Shown: positions 22,754-34,124 of the stretch, piece by piece | How positions within the stretch are numbered: the stretch's first letter is position 1 | Layout of the letters: each line of letters begins with the position of its first letter | NCBI GenBank assembly: GCA_963727455.1 | Contig: CAVSGG010000009.1 | Coordinates: forward strand, 224,001 to 288,000 | Direction: 5' to 3' | DNA length: 64,000 nucleotides | Source: Candidatus Krumholzibacteriota bacterium | GTDB lineage: Bacteria > Krumholzibacteriota > Krumholzibacteriia > JAJRXK01 | Notes under the pieces: model-generated | What the model was told of the DNA's origin: nothing | The model's database searches: none | What the model saw: the letters and a program-made list of their open reading frames with translations, nothing else | Translations under genes and position numbers: made by a program

Positions 22754-23361
22754 TCACAGTGTGTCGTGTTATCAAGCACAGCCTGTTCATATTCTTCTTC
22801 TTCAGCGTCCTGGATCCTGGCACTTGCATTGGGCAACCGAGCGGTCACGAGACTCTCCGTGCGAGCTGTTACCAGTGGATGGCAGATCAGAAGGCTAGTC
22901 TGACGGCCCCTTGGCCAATTGCCTTTTGGTTGAATGCCATGAACACCGCAAGCAACGCGAATATTGTCTTCTCGGAAACTCAGGAGGAGAGCAAGGCCGA
23001 CATCACGATTAGTAGTGCCGGTTTTTCTAGCGGGGAACCAGGTGCTATCGGGGAGACGACTTTCACCACTGGACATATCAGTGTGACGTATGACCCCAAT
23101 GTAACGTGGGATGCTGACGGTGACCCGGTCGACGCAAAGTCATACGCGCTGCAAGGGTTACTTTACCATGAGGTGGGGCATGTGTTTGGGGCTGAACATG
23201 AATATTCCGGTTGTCCAGCGCAGGGAGCAGAGACTCCTGATGGCGTTGTAAGCACCATGTGGTCTCGAGGCAACGATACGACCTGTGGCTACGATCCAAT
23301 CTATGAGAAAGACCATTTCTCGACGCCTTTGGCTACCGATACAGACTGGATGGCCACTACC
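22750..23361 (+). pseudogene. Matrixin/M10-like zinc metalloprotease, 3'-truncated by IS3
   Basis: HEVGHVFGAEH zinc motif and STM Met-turn; the ORF runs into the IS3 left inverted repeat. Confidence 0.7.
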
Positions 23362-24880
23362 TGTTTCCCGTCAGACTGATTGAGACAGATCCAAGCTAAA
23401 AATAGAGGACACTTCTGAGGTATCCTTAAGAACCCCAAAGGGAGTGTACCATGTCCGAATCTACGAGTCCCGAGTCGAAAGTCCGTGAGATCCGCCGCAA
23501 GACACGCAGACGTTACAGCGCGGAGGAGAAGATTCGTATCGTCCTGGACGGATTGAAGGGTGAGGACAGTATTGCCGAGCTCTGTCGTCGGGAGGGGATT
23601 AGCCCGAATCTCTACTACACCTGGTCCAAGGAGTTTCTGGAGGCCGGCAAGCGCCGTCTGATGGGCGACACCAAGCGCGAGGCGAGCAGCAGCGAGGTAG
23701 AGGATCTTCGTCAGGAGAACAGCGAGCTGAAGCATACGGTCGCCGATCTGACGCTGCGTGTCCGTGGGCTCAAAAAAAATATCAGTGGCTTAGACGGCGG
23801 ACGGGGCCGCTGACGATGCGATTCAGTCAGCCGGAAAGGATGGAGATCATCCGCCTGGTCGAGGAGTCGGAGCTGGGAGTGAAGCAAACGCTGCAGGAGC
23901 TGGATGTTCCTCGGAGTACCTTCTACCGCTGGTATCGGCGCTACGAGGAGGCAGGCTACGAGGGCCTGGCCTTGAGGCAATCAGCGCGGCAATTCTGGAA
24001 TCGGATTCCCGATCCTGAGAGGCAGCAGGTTGTGGAAACAGCGCTGGAGAAGCCCGAGATGAGCCCCCGGGAGCTGGCCTGGCACATCACGGATACCCAG
24101 GGGCTGTACATCTCCGAGTCCAGCGTCTACCGCATCCTGAAGGACTTCGATCTGGTGACCAGTCCGCACTACATCGTGATGCACGCCGCGGATGAGTTTG
24201 CGCGGCCGACGCGGGCGATCCACGAGCTGTGGCAGACGGATTTCACCTACTTCCGGATCGTCCACTGGGGCTGGTACTACCTGCTGACGATCCTGGACGA
24301 TTACAGCCGCTACATCATCGCCTGGAAGCTCTATACGGGGATGGGGACTGCGGATGTCACCGATCTCCTCGATGAGGCGATCGAGAAGACAGGCGCGGAT
24401 CACGTGGCGGTGAAACATCGACCCAGGCTGCTTTCGGACAATGGACCTTGCTTCGTCTCTCAGGAGCTGAAGGAGTATCTGCAGGCCCATGAGATGAGGC
24501 ACACCCGTGGCAAGCCCTACCATCCGATGACGCAGGGGAAGATCGAGCGTTACCACCGGACGATGAAGAACGTGGTGAAGCTGAAGAACTACTACGCACC
24601 GGGGGAGCTGAGCGAAGAGCTCGAGCGCTTCGTCCACTACTACAATCACCAGCGCGTCCACGAGTCGCTGAGCAACCTGACCCCGGCCGACGTGTACCTC
24701 GGTCGGGGGCGGGAGATCCAGACGGCCAGGCAGCGGCTGAAGGCGCAGACGCTACGCCGCCGCAGGCGCTACAACAAAGGTCTCAAACCAGGAAAGGAGG
24801 AGCTGATTCGACCGTCGATCTATCGTGAAAGTGTCCTTTAGCAATCGGCGCAATTTGTCCCAATCAGTTGACGACGTACA
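23362..24880 (+). mobile_element. IS3-family element (orfA 23451-23813, orfB 23816-24841)
   Basis: orfA HTH (YSAEEKIRIVLDGLKG); orfB DDE (WQTDFTY, LSDNG, GKIERYH); TGT...ACA imperfect inverted repeats; no target duplication seen. Confidence 0.9.
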
Positions 24881-25602
24881 GCCTATCCCTTTGCTTCGAA
24901 TACACTGTTACGCAATGATGGAGGAACCTTCACCGATGTTTCTTCGAGTCCTCTGAACAGTGACCAAGGCACCGTTGGTGTCGCGTGGGGTGACTACGAC
25001 TGTGATGGCTATCTGGATCTGTATTTGGCGAACCTAGACCACCCAAGTCAACTGCTTCACAACCGTGGTGATGGGACTTTCGAAGATGTTACTCCGCCCG
25101 TTCTCGCGGACAGTGGTGGTAGCAGAAGTCCGGCATGGATCGATTTTGACAACGACGGATGGTTGGACCTCCATCTGACTAGCGGACCCGATCCAAGCCG
25201 ACTATTCCACAATTTGGGAGGCACCTTCTCTGACGTATCCGCCCCGCCTCTCAATGCTGGCGGGGTCCAGAATGGCGCCGGTTGGTCGGATGTCGACGGG
25301 GACGGGGATCTAGACGTCTTCATGGCGACCGACGATGCCGATTCATCAAGCCTCCTTCTGAAGAACCAACAGAATTCGGCGAACCACTGGATCGAGGTCG
25401 AGCCTTATGGCACGGTCTCCAACCGATTTGGAATCGGCCTTCGCCTCCGCGCCATCACTGGTACCCATTCCCAGATCCAAGAGATCACTGCAGGATCTGG
25501 ATTCTGGTCGCAACACTCAAGGATTGCTCACTTCGGTCTTGGGACAGCAACTACCGTCGACTCCCTATTTCTGCGTTGGCCCAGTGGCATCGTGCAGACG
25601 CT
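24881..25602 (+). pseudogene. FG-GAP/CRTAC1-like repeat plus ASPIC/UnbV protein, internal part
   Basis: WGDYDCDGYLDLYL, WIDFDNDGWLDL and DVDGDGDLDVF repeats; AHFGLG...WPSG; cut by IS3 on the left and IS66 on the right. Confidence 0.8.
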
Positions 25603-27977
25603 GTAACCGGTCGCTCTAGGGAGTCTTGCGTTCTCGGTTTTGTCGCGGATTCCTATCTCTCATCTGCGATGGAGCGCATGGGATCGTCAGCGAAGTTCTC
25701 TTTCCACAGCCTCGGGGTCAGCTGATGGACCTTGTTGGCGGGGTGCGTTGCGATCCGCTGCAGCACATCGACCAGGTAGACGTAGGGATCGATCTCGTGC
25801 ATGCGACAGGTTCGTAGTAAACTCTGGACCACGGCCACCTGCTGCGCTCCCATCTCCGTCCAACAAAAGAGCCAGTTTTTTCTTCCCAACGCAATCGGCC
25901 TGATCTCACGCTCGAGATGATTCGTGTCCAAAGGCACGTCGGGATTCTCGAGAAATACCCTCAAGGCCTTCTCTCGATCCAGCGTGTAATGTGCCGCTTT
26001 GGTAAATAGGCTGCTGGGTAAGAGCAAGTGATCGTGAAAGGCCTCGGCAAGCCACGCAAAGAAGCGATCGACAGTCGGTTTACAATGTACCGCCCGGTAA
26101 AGCAGCGCCTTCTCTTCGGACCGATGCTTCTCCTTTAGAATCGATTCGTGCTTGTACAGCTCGGCAATCCAATCCAGAGCCTTCTTTGCCAAAGCCGGCT
26201 CGCTCGCTTCGGCCTGCACAAACTTGCGGCGAGTGTGACTCCAACACTGCGCGCGGGTGACACCCTCGCTTGCTTTTGCAAAGCGCTCGTAGGCCTCATA
26301 GCCATCGCTCAGGAGCACACCCTGGTAGGCTCCCAGTGCCTCGTGAATCACCCGCGTCGCCCGCGTTGCAGCAAAGACGAAGGCGATCTCCTTCTTCTCA
26401 CCGAAGATCGGCCAAAAGTAGCCGGTCTTCATCTTCCCCTTGCCCTTACGCCCCGCCTTGATCGGCGTTTCGTCCATGGCCAGCACCTGACTGTCGAGGA
26501 TCGAGGAGAGCTGGGCCTGGTAGAGGGGCACCAGGAGCTCGCTGGTGCGCTGCGCCCAATTGGTCAGCGTGGAGCGACTGAGGTGGACCCCGGCCTGCTC
26601 CATGCGCTGGTGCTGGCGATAAAGGGGTAAGTGATACACAAACTTATCGATGAGTGTACACGCTAAGACGCTCACGTCGGCCACACAGCGTTCGAGCACG
26701 GTAGGAGGGAAGTCGGGCGCAAGGAAGGCCCCATTGTCCTTGCGTTTGATCACGGGTCTGCGGTAGCGCACGATCTCGTAGGTAGCGGGCTTCTGGAGAA
26801 GACGGCTCGTGGTCTTGTGGCCGACAATATCATAGCTACCAGGATCGAGGGCCTCAGCCTCGGGGCACGCGAGAGTTTCCTCCCGCACCGGCAGTGAAGG
26901 GTCAAATCGAAGTTTGGTGCTGTCACTGGGCCCAGAAAACCGTTTGCGCCGGGCATGGCCTTCGACTTTGGTCTCCTCCACGGGTGTGGCCTCTATGGCC
27001 TGAAGGCTTTCTCCCAGGGACAGCTGGCGGGATTCATCGAGGGTCAGGCGGCGCTCGGACTTCTCCCCGAAGAGCTGGCGTTTGAACCAATCGAGTTGGT
27101 GCTGCAGCTCGTCGATGCGCTCAGTAAGTTGTTCGTTGGTTTTCTCGATCGCAGTCTTGGCCTCGAGCAGCGCGGCAATCTCTTCGCGGTTCATCGTGTC
27201 TGCGCGCTCTAAAGAAGTCATGCATTCTTTCTAGCGCATTTGTGATCTTCTTCCAAGTGGAATCCCATCCAAGAGCAAACGGAACGCCTTCTCGCTCAGC
27301 TCCTGTTTCGCCGAGGAATCCGGCAGGACAAAGCGGCCGCGTTCGAGGCGTTTCGCAAAGAGACAAAAGCCAGTGCGATCCCAGTACACCAGCTTCAGAT
27401 AATTGCGGCGGCGGTTGAAGAAGACGAAGAGCGTCCCCGTGAGCGGGTCTTCTGCGAGCACACTTGTAACCACTCCCAAAAGCCCATCGAACTGTTTGCG
27501 CATGTCGACCGGCTCGCGGTAGGCGAGGATACGAGGGACAGTGGACGAAAACAGCACGCCTAGCTCCGCAGCCGGAGAACGCATCCGCCGGGCAGCTCGA
27601 GCTCGACGGTCCAGGGGGCAAGCTCTTCCCTTTGCGGAGTGATCTCCACGAAGGACTCCTGCGCAGTCTGCGAATTCGTCTCGGCCAAAGTAACCTCAGA
27701 ACGGCGTTGCGAACTCCTCAACTTCCGATGCCAGCGCGCGAAGCTGGCCGCATGGATGTGCTCTCGTTCGCAGAACTTCTCACGGCTCAATCTGCTCTTA
27801 TCGAAGCTATCGAAGATCTCCGACCACTCCGCGGCGCTGCGGTGAACCTTACCATCGGCGGTGACTCGCATGAAATCCTCCTCGTTGGAACTCCAGGACC
27901 AATCACCGATCCTGGCTACGAAAAGGATGTAGCAAATCATGAGCAGTATGGGAATACTCCCCAGAGTGACCGGTTAC
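25603..27977 (-). mobile_element. IS66-family element (tnpA 27560-27871, tnpB 27231-27584, tnpC 25653-27221)
   Basis: GTAACCGGTC terminal inverted repeats; 8-bp target duplication CAGACGCT on both sides; TnpB VDMRKQFDGL; TnpC DETP, CWSHTRRKF, NHLEREIRP. Confidence 0.95.
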
Positions 27978-28346
27978 CAGACGCTGGTCGATGTTTCTGT
28001 AGATCAGCGATTCAGGGTCATTGAAAGCGATGTGTCCACGGATGTGCCTGAAACTCCTACGCGGTCCATCGCTTTTCACTTGGGCAATGCAATCCCTAAT
28101 CCTTTCAACCCACGTACCACGATTACCTACTCGATTCCTCAGGAAGGGGCCGTCCTGCTGGAGATCTATGACCTCGCTGGTAGGCATGTGAATACGTTGG
28201 TCAGCGAGCACATCGATGCTGGTGAGCATCACATCCAATGGAACGGCAAGGATGACGCAGGAAACCAAGTGGCCTCAGGGGTCTACCTGTATCAACTCCG
28301 TGCTGGGGACTTTGTGGATACCAAACGGATGGTTTTGTTGAAATGA
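27978..28346 (+). pseudogene. C-terminal FlgD-Ig part of the gene interrupted by IS66
   Basis: Continues WPSGIVQTL|VDVSVDQ...; AIPNPFNPRT...YDLAGR...WNGKD...SGVYLY. Confidence 0.85.
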
Positions 28347-28413
28347 GGCGCACACAATTCCGTGACGTTCACGCAGGGAGCAGGTGGCACAACAGAGGTT
28401 TCACACCACAACT

Positions 28414-28496
28414 AGGAGCTGGTTCTACCGTCGATCTATCGTGAAAGTGTCCTTTAGCAATCGGCGAGGTTTGTCTCATTCAGTTGACGACGTACA
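28414..28496 (+). mobile_element. Solo right end of the IS3 element
   Basis: About 83 bp matching 24798-24880, including the terminal GACGACGTACA. Confidence 0.85.
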
Positions 28497-28507
28497 ATCA
28501 ACTCTAT

Positions 28508-29323
28508 TCACTTAGCCCACCGGATCTCCTTCACTTCGCGCTGAGGAATGGCGACGACTATCCGGCTTCGTTCGTCGTAGACAAGAAGTCGTTCATCGTT
28601 TGAGTCGACAATGTCAACCACACGGCTTGAATGGTAGCCCCTGTCGTTGGCATCGGTTTGCGCGCCCAAGAAGACTGTCGCGGGAAATTTTTGTCTCACT
28701 GGGTTTGGGCCTAGCGCTCCGAAAAGCAAAGCCAATGGGATCTGCACATATAACAGGAGCATTGCCAGCAATCCCTGCGCAACACGCAAAAACCACGACG
28801 TGCGACGGCGTTCAACGGCCGGATGCGTTAATCGGCTCCGCAATATACCAAATAGTCGTCGGATCGTAAATCCCACGACCAACAAATGAGTGACAACATA
28901 TATGGTGCTACCGCTAGGGCCGGATCTGATTGCTGAAGTAGTATTGTGGGCAATAATATTTGATGCTATTGAGATCGCAAATATTGATAGGGCCCAGAGT
29001 ACAAGCTCTCCGAAAACACGCACTTCGCGCCGCCTTGGCCACGGCAGGCGTATCAGGCTTCTCGAGCCAACGACTACTGCGAAAACTGCAGCCAACACTA
29101 ATGTTACTGTATAACAAATTCCCGGCACCAATAACCCTGAGATACCAATTTTCGGCGCCAAGTTCGCGCCATAGAGTTGTAGCGACGGAGCCACCCACAT
29201 GAAGTACCCCGCGCCATAAACGACGCCTGGCAGCAATACAATAACGGCAAGCGCGTCGCCTAGCGACAGATTCACACGACGATCTGCATCAGGTTCCAGA
29301 ACACTAGACATTTGCTTCTCCAT
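28508..29323 (-). CDS. Hypothetical membrane protein, probable integron cassette ORF
   Basis: Low GC, several TM helices; the ATG lies within the GTTATGG R' core of the attC site. Confidence 0.6.
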   Translation of the reverse strand: MEKQMSSVLEPDADRRVNLSLGDALAVIVLLPGVVYGAGYFMWVAPSLQLYGANLAPKIGISGLLVPGICYTVTLVLAAVFAVVVGSRSLIRLPWPRRREVRVFGELVLWALSIFAISIASNIIAHNTTSAIRSGPSGSTIYVVTHLLVVGFTIRRLFGILRSRLTHPAVERRRTSWFLRVAQGLLAMLLLYVQIPLALLFGALGPNPVRQKFPATVFLGAQTDANDRGYHSSRVVDIVDSNDERLLVYDERSRIVVAIPQREVKEIRWAK

Positions 29324-29453
29324 AACGTGTTCGCTCAGCAGCGAGACCACTTGGCGGGACTGATGCTGAGCCACCTCTAATCCCGAGCCTCATGATGCAC
29401 CCGCAGCACTTGGCGTGACAACGGGTCTCGACTGCTGGAGTGGAGAGCTAGGG
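29320..29453 (-). other. Integron attC recombination site (134 bp)
   Basis: R'' CCCTAGC overlaps the upstream stop codon; R' GTTATGG; arms CTC-AGCAG-CGAGACC pair with GGTCTCG-(A)-CTGCT-(G)-GAG, leaving two extrahelical bases. Confidence 0.75.
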
Positions 29454-30317
29454 GCCCTCATGCCGTTCGAACTCGAACTTGTCGGAGTTCTTGAGAGAGA
29501 ACATAGACACTAGGTATTTCTCGTCTTGGACTCGTTGCGCGAGAACCTTCGCATCTGATCTCCAGTTGTTCAGGATGGCAAAGTGAACCCTAGCCGGGTC
29601 GAGTGAATCGAACGCAGCTCGGAGCTTGGTTTTCTCCTGAGCAACGTTCGTGACGATCCACGCTCCCTGCAGCACTTTGTCGGGAGAGGCGGGAGCAAAC
29701 TTCTGTTCAACACTCCTGAAGAGAATCTGTGGATCGTGTTCTGGAGGCGGGAGCTCTCCACACCCGCGATCCGCGCCAAGCACCAGCTTCTCGCTGTGTT
29801 GGTAGAGATCCGCTACTCGACGCTTTACCTCCAGCATTACTCTAGCACCGGTCGGATCGATGAAGAGCCAATCCGCATCGCGCCCGCCGGCGCCGGTTCG
29901 AACCTCAAACCTAGCTTCGATCTCAGGGGACAGCCTGATCATCGGTGAGAATTCGGTTAGTGCATCTAGATGCTTGTTTGCGTCTGAGAGGCGACGCAAG
30001 TAGGTCTTCTCCTGGTCTCCTTGAAGCTGGATCTGGACGCTGGCCAGTACAGAAAACAGCTTGCGCACTTCGATCCAAATGTGCGCCCCGACGAACTCCT
30101 TGCCTCCAACTTCTGCGGGCACTCCGAACTCGTAGCGCCATAACCCAGTAAGACGGTCGAGAAAACAGCCCACGTCCGGCAGAGGGGCAGGCAGAAGGTT
30201 GAGGACTGCCTCGATCTCTTGCGTCGGGACTGAACGTGACTCGCCTTCTCGATGCAGTGCAGCCGGGAGGGACGACTTCTCAGCCACCACTTGTGGAAAG
30301 TATCGGTCGATCAACAA
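29448..30317 (-). CDS. Hypothetical protein, probable integron cassette; possible PD-(D/E)XK-like motif
   Basis: Ends in the attC site; contains DADW...MLEVK; GGGA RBS. Confidence 0.55.
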   Translation of the reverse strand: MLIDRYFPQVVAEKSSLPAALHREGESRSVPTQEIEAVLNLLPAPLPDVGCFLDRLTGLWRYEFGVPAEVGGKEFVGAHIWIEVRKLFSVLASVQIQLQGDQEKTYLRRLSDANKHLDALTEFSPMIRLSPEIEARFEVRTGAGGRDADWLFIDPTGARVMLEVKRRVADLYQHSEKLVLGADRGCGELPPPEHDPQILFRSVEQKFAPASPDKVLQGAWIVTNVAQEKTKLRAAFDSLDPARVHFAILNNWRSDAKVLAQRVQDEKYLVSMFSLKNSDKFEFERHEGP

Positions 30318-30554
30318 CCAAGTCCCTCTCTAGTGCGGCTAATCTAGATTCTACTGCCCCACAAAAGGGTCCGCTGCGAATTATCCAGTATCGGTAATTA
30401 TCCTACGCCTCACCGGGAAGCCGAGCAAGCGTATGATTTCCGAGGGTCTCGAGCTTGCCCAGCACCTCCGTTCGAGGGTCCGACTCATAAGTTTTGCACC
30501 AAATCGGTTCCAGGAGAGTATGTCAGTCTTCCCTCTCTGTTCTGCGCTTTACGC

Positions 30555-31166
30555 TCAACGTCCTTTTGTCACTGATTTACTAGCCATCGAGGCCTTCAGT
30601 TTTCCTACGCTGCGGGAGGGGGTCAGGACGACGCTACTATCGTCTGCGATGTTACCAACGTACATCCACTCGGCATTGCGCGGCTTACGATACCATTCCC
30701 CATGATCAGTCAAAGCATGCTGGCGGCCGTCGGCTGGGGCATACATGTAGCTGCCGTTGACCGTTAGTGCAACAAATTGTCCAGTAGCAGGGTGTCCTGC
30801 AAGTGTGCCTATGTTGCCCTCGTGGGTCCACCTGCTGCCATGCGCAAAGGACTGGAAGAAATACTCACCCGATGCTGTAACCGAGCATTGGAGCTCCGAT
30901 GTGGGGGTCTGATGAGCAAGTGCAACAATCTTATCACCTGCGTTGGCGTACCCAGCTTCGTCAAAGATATTACGTTCTAGTCGCCATCTCATGTCCTCCC
31001 CTTGACTAACAATGTCGCCAGATCCAGTCACCGCGTAGAATGCGAGGGCCGTGTCATTTCCATAGAGACCGTGCGGGAAGATTGCTACGAAGCTGTCGGT
31101 TGTTTGGGGAAATGCAGGGGACACAAGACTAAAAATGGTGAATGTTAGAAGTAGCCAAATCTTCAT
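30555..31166 (-). CDS. Secreted hypothetical protein
   Basis: Signal peptide MKIWLLLTFTIFSLVSPAFP; internal W..(E/V)GNI repeats; SVGKLKA-type tail. Confidence 0.6.
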   Translation of the reverse strand: MKIWLLLTFTIFSLVSPAFPQTTDSFVAIFPHGLYGNDTALAFYAVTGSGDIVSQGEDMRWRLERNIFDEAGYANAGDKIVALAHQTPTSELQCSVTASGEYFFQSFAHGSRWTHEGNIGTLAGHPATGQFVALTVNGSYMYAPADGRQHALTDHGEWYRKPRNAEWMYVGNIADDSSVVLTPSRSVGKLKASMASKSVTKGR

Positions 31167-31409
31167 CGGAACTCCCTTCGGTTCGATCAATACGCTCAGC
31201 TACGCACCCATGACGTATGCCAGCGAGAACTATTCTATATACTGACCTAAGAGACTTGTCTAGGTAGTGTCCAGAATCTTTCACACATTCTCTGAGAGAT
31301 TGCTCTCGAGCTGGTCGCTCCAGATCGAGGACTACCCCTCACCTTCAAATGTGCAAAAGAAACCGTACGTTATCACTTGCTCGCTAATACACCGATTTTC
31401 CTAGGTTTT

Positions 31410-31939
31410 CCCCAGGACGCGACGATCGCCAGGGCACCGTCCACTGCGCGCAGCCGCAGCTGGGCACGCCTGCTGCGCAGGATCTTCGAGCTGGACCCCA
31501 TGCTCTGCCCGCAGTGCGGGGGAACCATGAAGATCGTGTCGGTGATCGACGAAGCAGCGGTGGTGGACCGGATTCTCAGACACCTGGTACGGATCGGCGG
31601 CAACGACCCGCACGAGGGGACGGCGCAACGAGCTCCGCCAAGAGCATGAACCCCTACCAGTACCCTCAGCCTCCCGACGAACGCGCAAGGGCACGAGCGT
31701 CGGGAGTACGGTGTGCCCAAGGATAGGTGGAAGCCGCTCAGGTGGGCGCATGTCGGGCGAACAGAGTTGCGGTAGGGTGAGTCGGGGATCGACAATCAAT
31801 CCTCATCGTGATCATCGCACCGAGAACACAGCGCAAAGAGCACCCGTTCTGAAGTTCGGTGCTCGCTTTTCAGCTAAAGCGCCGTATACAATCCACTATC
31901 CGTTTTTTCAGCTAAAGCGCCGTATACAATCCACTATCC
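31410..31939 (+). mobile_element. IS91/ISCR-like remnant 3 with a 38-bp duplicated end
   Basis: Matches 21022-21513; the end is repeated at 31867-31904 and 31905-31942; final junction CTATCC|GTTC. Confidence 0.9.
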
Positions 31940-31940
31940 G

Positions 31941-32801
31941 TTCGCCTGTAGCCTATTTCTCACAGCACCAGGATATTCCCAGGAGCAAGACCACCTCGAC
32001 TCTGCCATTCAACATGGAAGCGACGGCCAATTCACCCTAGCGAAATCCGAGGTGGAAAAGGCCTTGGCACTCGATCCTTGGGACGAGCATGCCAAGGCGG
32101 TCCGTAGACTTGCGACCGACGCAATCGCAGCTAGGGCCGATTCGGCGACAATCATCCATCTTTTCCGAGCCACTCAACTCAGAAATGCAGGAAGTCTGGA
32201 TGAGTCACTCTCCGAAATCGATATGGCGGTCAAGCAAAGTCCAAACTACGCGCTTGCCTATCTCGTCCGCGGGAACATCCGTCTTGCAAATGCCAGCGTC
32301 GATGGAGCTATTGCCGATTACGATCATACGATCAGCCTTGATTCCTCAGACGCCGTCGCCTACTACAATCGAGGCGTGGCGTATGTCACAAAGAAAAACT
32401 ACGTGAGTGCCATTGCAGATTTCACAAAGGCGATCACGCTTGATCCAAAGGATGTTGCCGCATACAAGAACCGAGGCAACGCCAATCAAGTGCTGGGCAA
32501 GCACAATGAAGCACTTGCTGACTATAACAGCGCAATTGCGATCAATCCGAATGATGTCCACGCCTTCTACAATCGAGCCGAGGAGTGGTCACGATCTGGG
32601 CAATTCGAGAAAGCGATCGCAGATTACGGAAAAGCGATCGAGCTGGACAAGAACTTCGCTGAAGCCTATGACAGCAGAGGTTTTGTGTACCTCGTAAAGC
32701 TCGGCAAGACGGAGCTTGCGTGCATCGACTGGAAGCGCGCCTGCGAACTTGGTCGATGCTCAAACTACAATCTCGCAAAATCAAAGGGCTATTGCAAATG
32801 A
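31941..32801 (+). pseudogene. TPR-repeat protein, 5'-truncated within its signal peptide
   Basis: The frame is open from the ori junction (FACSLFLTAPGYSQEQ...); multiple AYxNRG...AIADYxKAI TPRs. Confidence 0.75.
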
Positions 32802-32852
32802 TGGATTGGCCCAAAACATGGTGGGCCTGCTGGCCGCTTCGCCTATGGTATA

Positions 32853-33901
32853 CTGCATTCAACGACTAAGTGCAACACGCCTGTCTGAACGCCTCCGCAG
32901 GTGTTTGGTAATTCAGGCACTTACGAGGCCTGTTGTTCAGTCTTCTCTCGACCGATACTACCTGATTCCTTGTCACTTTGTTGAAGTATGTTCCCTTTGG
33001 GAAGTAGCGTCGGACCAAGCCGATGCTGTTCTCAACAGTCCCCTTTTCCCAGCTGTGATAAGGTTCACAGAAGTACGCCTGAGTGCCCAGGGCGCGATCG
33101 ACCCAGCAATGGCATGTGTTCTCTGCACCGTTATCGTAAGTGATTGTCGCTCGGATGTGGTCGGGATAGCTGCCGAGACTTTCAACCAGCGACTTGCGGA
33201 ACGCCATAGCCGTTTTTCGAGAGATGGCCTTGATCCTCATGTACCGAGTCTTGCGTTCGACAGCAACAGCGAGCGCCGCCGTCCCGCGAGGTGAGTTGGC
33301 GGTGTCGACCTCCCAGTGTCCTGGCTATTCCCGTGTAAGCACATGCTGGGGGCGTTCGGAGATGAAAACCCTGTTGGGGATACGGAATCGGGAGTGTTTG
33401 CAATACCGGCGCGGTAGTCGTTTGCGGTGAGACTTGGCGAGCCGAGGGATCAGCTCCCTAGCCTCGAGGTAGATCCATTGATAGATGGCTTCGTGACTGA
33501 CGGTCAGCGAGTGACCTTCGTATCGAAGTCGTCCGGCGATCTGCTCGGGTGACCAGCCTCGTTTGAGACCGATTCGGACATATGACCTCAGGAAGGGGGC
33601 TTTCAGACGCAGCCGACGATGACTTTGCCTCCAACGAAGGTCGGCTTCGGTTTGGGCTTTATGGGGCAGATAGCCGCTTGATCTGCCGGAGGAGGCGTTA
33701 CGACGCAGCTCCCGTGAGATCGTCGAGGGAGACCGACCGAGTTGAGCCGCGATCGCTCTCATCGGCAGGTCCTGGCCCTTGAGGATCGCCAGACGATCCC
33801 GCTCCTCTTCGGACAAGTGCTTGTAGTGTTTAGACATAATCCGCGCATTCTAGCGCGGAAGTCGCTAAGCCAGAAGTGTTGCACTTGCTTATTGAACTCG
33901 G
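32853..33901 (-). mobile_element. IS30-family element, copy B (1049 bp), premature TAG at 33325
   Basis: Reverse complement of 12772-13820 with few substitutions. Confidence 0.92.
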
Positions 33902-33912
33902 GGCAGGGACAG

Positions 33913-33936
33913 GCCGCGGCCCCAGAGGGCCGCGGC
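33913..33936. terminator. GC-rich hairpin, possible terminator
   Basis: GCCGCGGCCC-CAGA-GGGCCGCGGC, a 10-bp stem followed by TCCTTTC. Confidence 0.4.
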
Positions 33937-33987
33937 TCCTTTCATCTGTTGCTGCTTCTTCAAACTCTTCATCGCACCAAGGTCAAT

Positions 33988-34084
33988 ATGGTGATCATCG
34001 CACCGAGAACACAGCGCAAAGAGCACCCGTTTCGAAGGTCGTTGCTCGCTTGTCGGCTAAAGCGCCGTATACAATCCACTATCC
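33988..34084 (+). mobile_element. IS91/ISCR-like remnant 4 (terminal ~97 bp only)
   Basis: ATGGTGATCATCGCACC...ATACAATCCACTATCC|GTAC. Confidence 0.9.
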
Positions 34085-34124
34085 GTACGGGGCCCTTGCG
34101 TTCCTGCGCCCTTCCGGGTGGGGG

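Noticed and set aside
28366-28413. GCACAAC...TTTCAC as a truncated attC half
   Set aside because: Only one arm is present before the IS3 end, so it cannot be supported.
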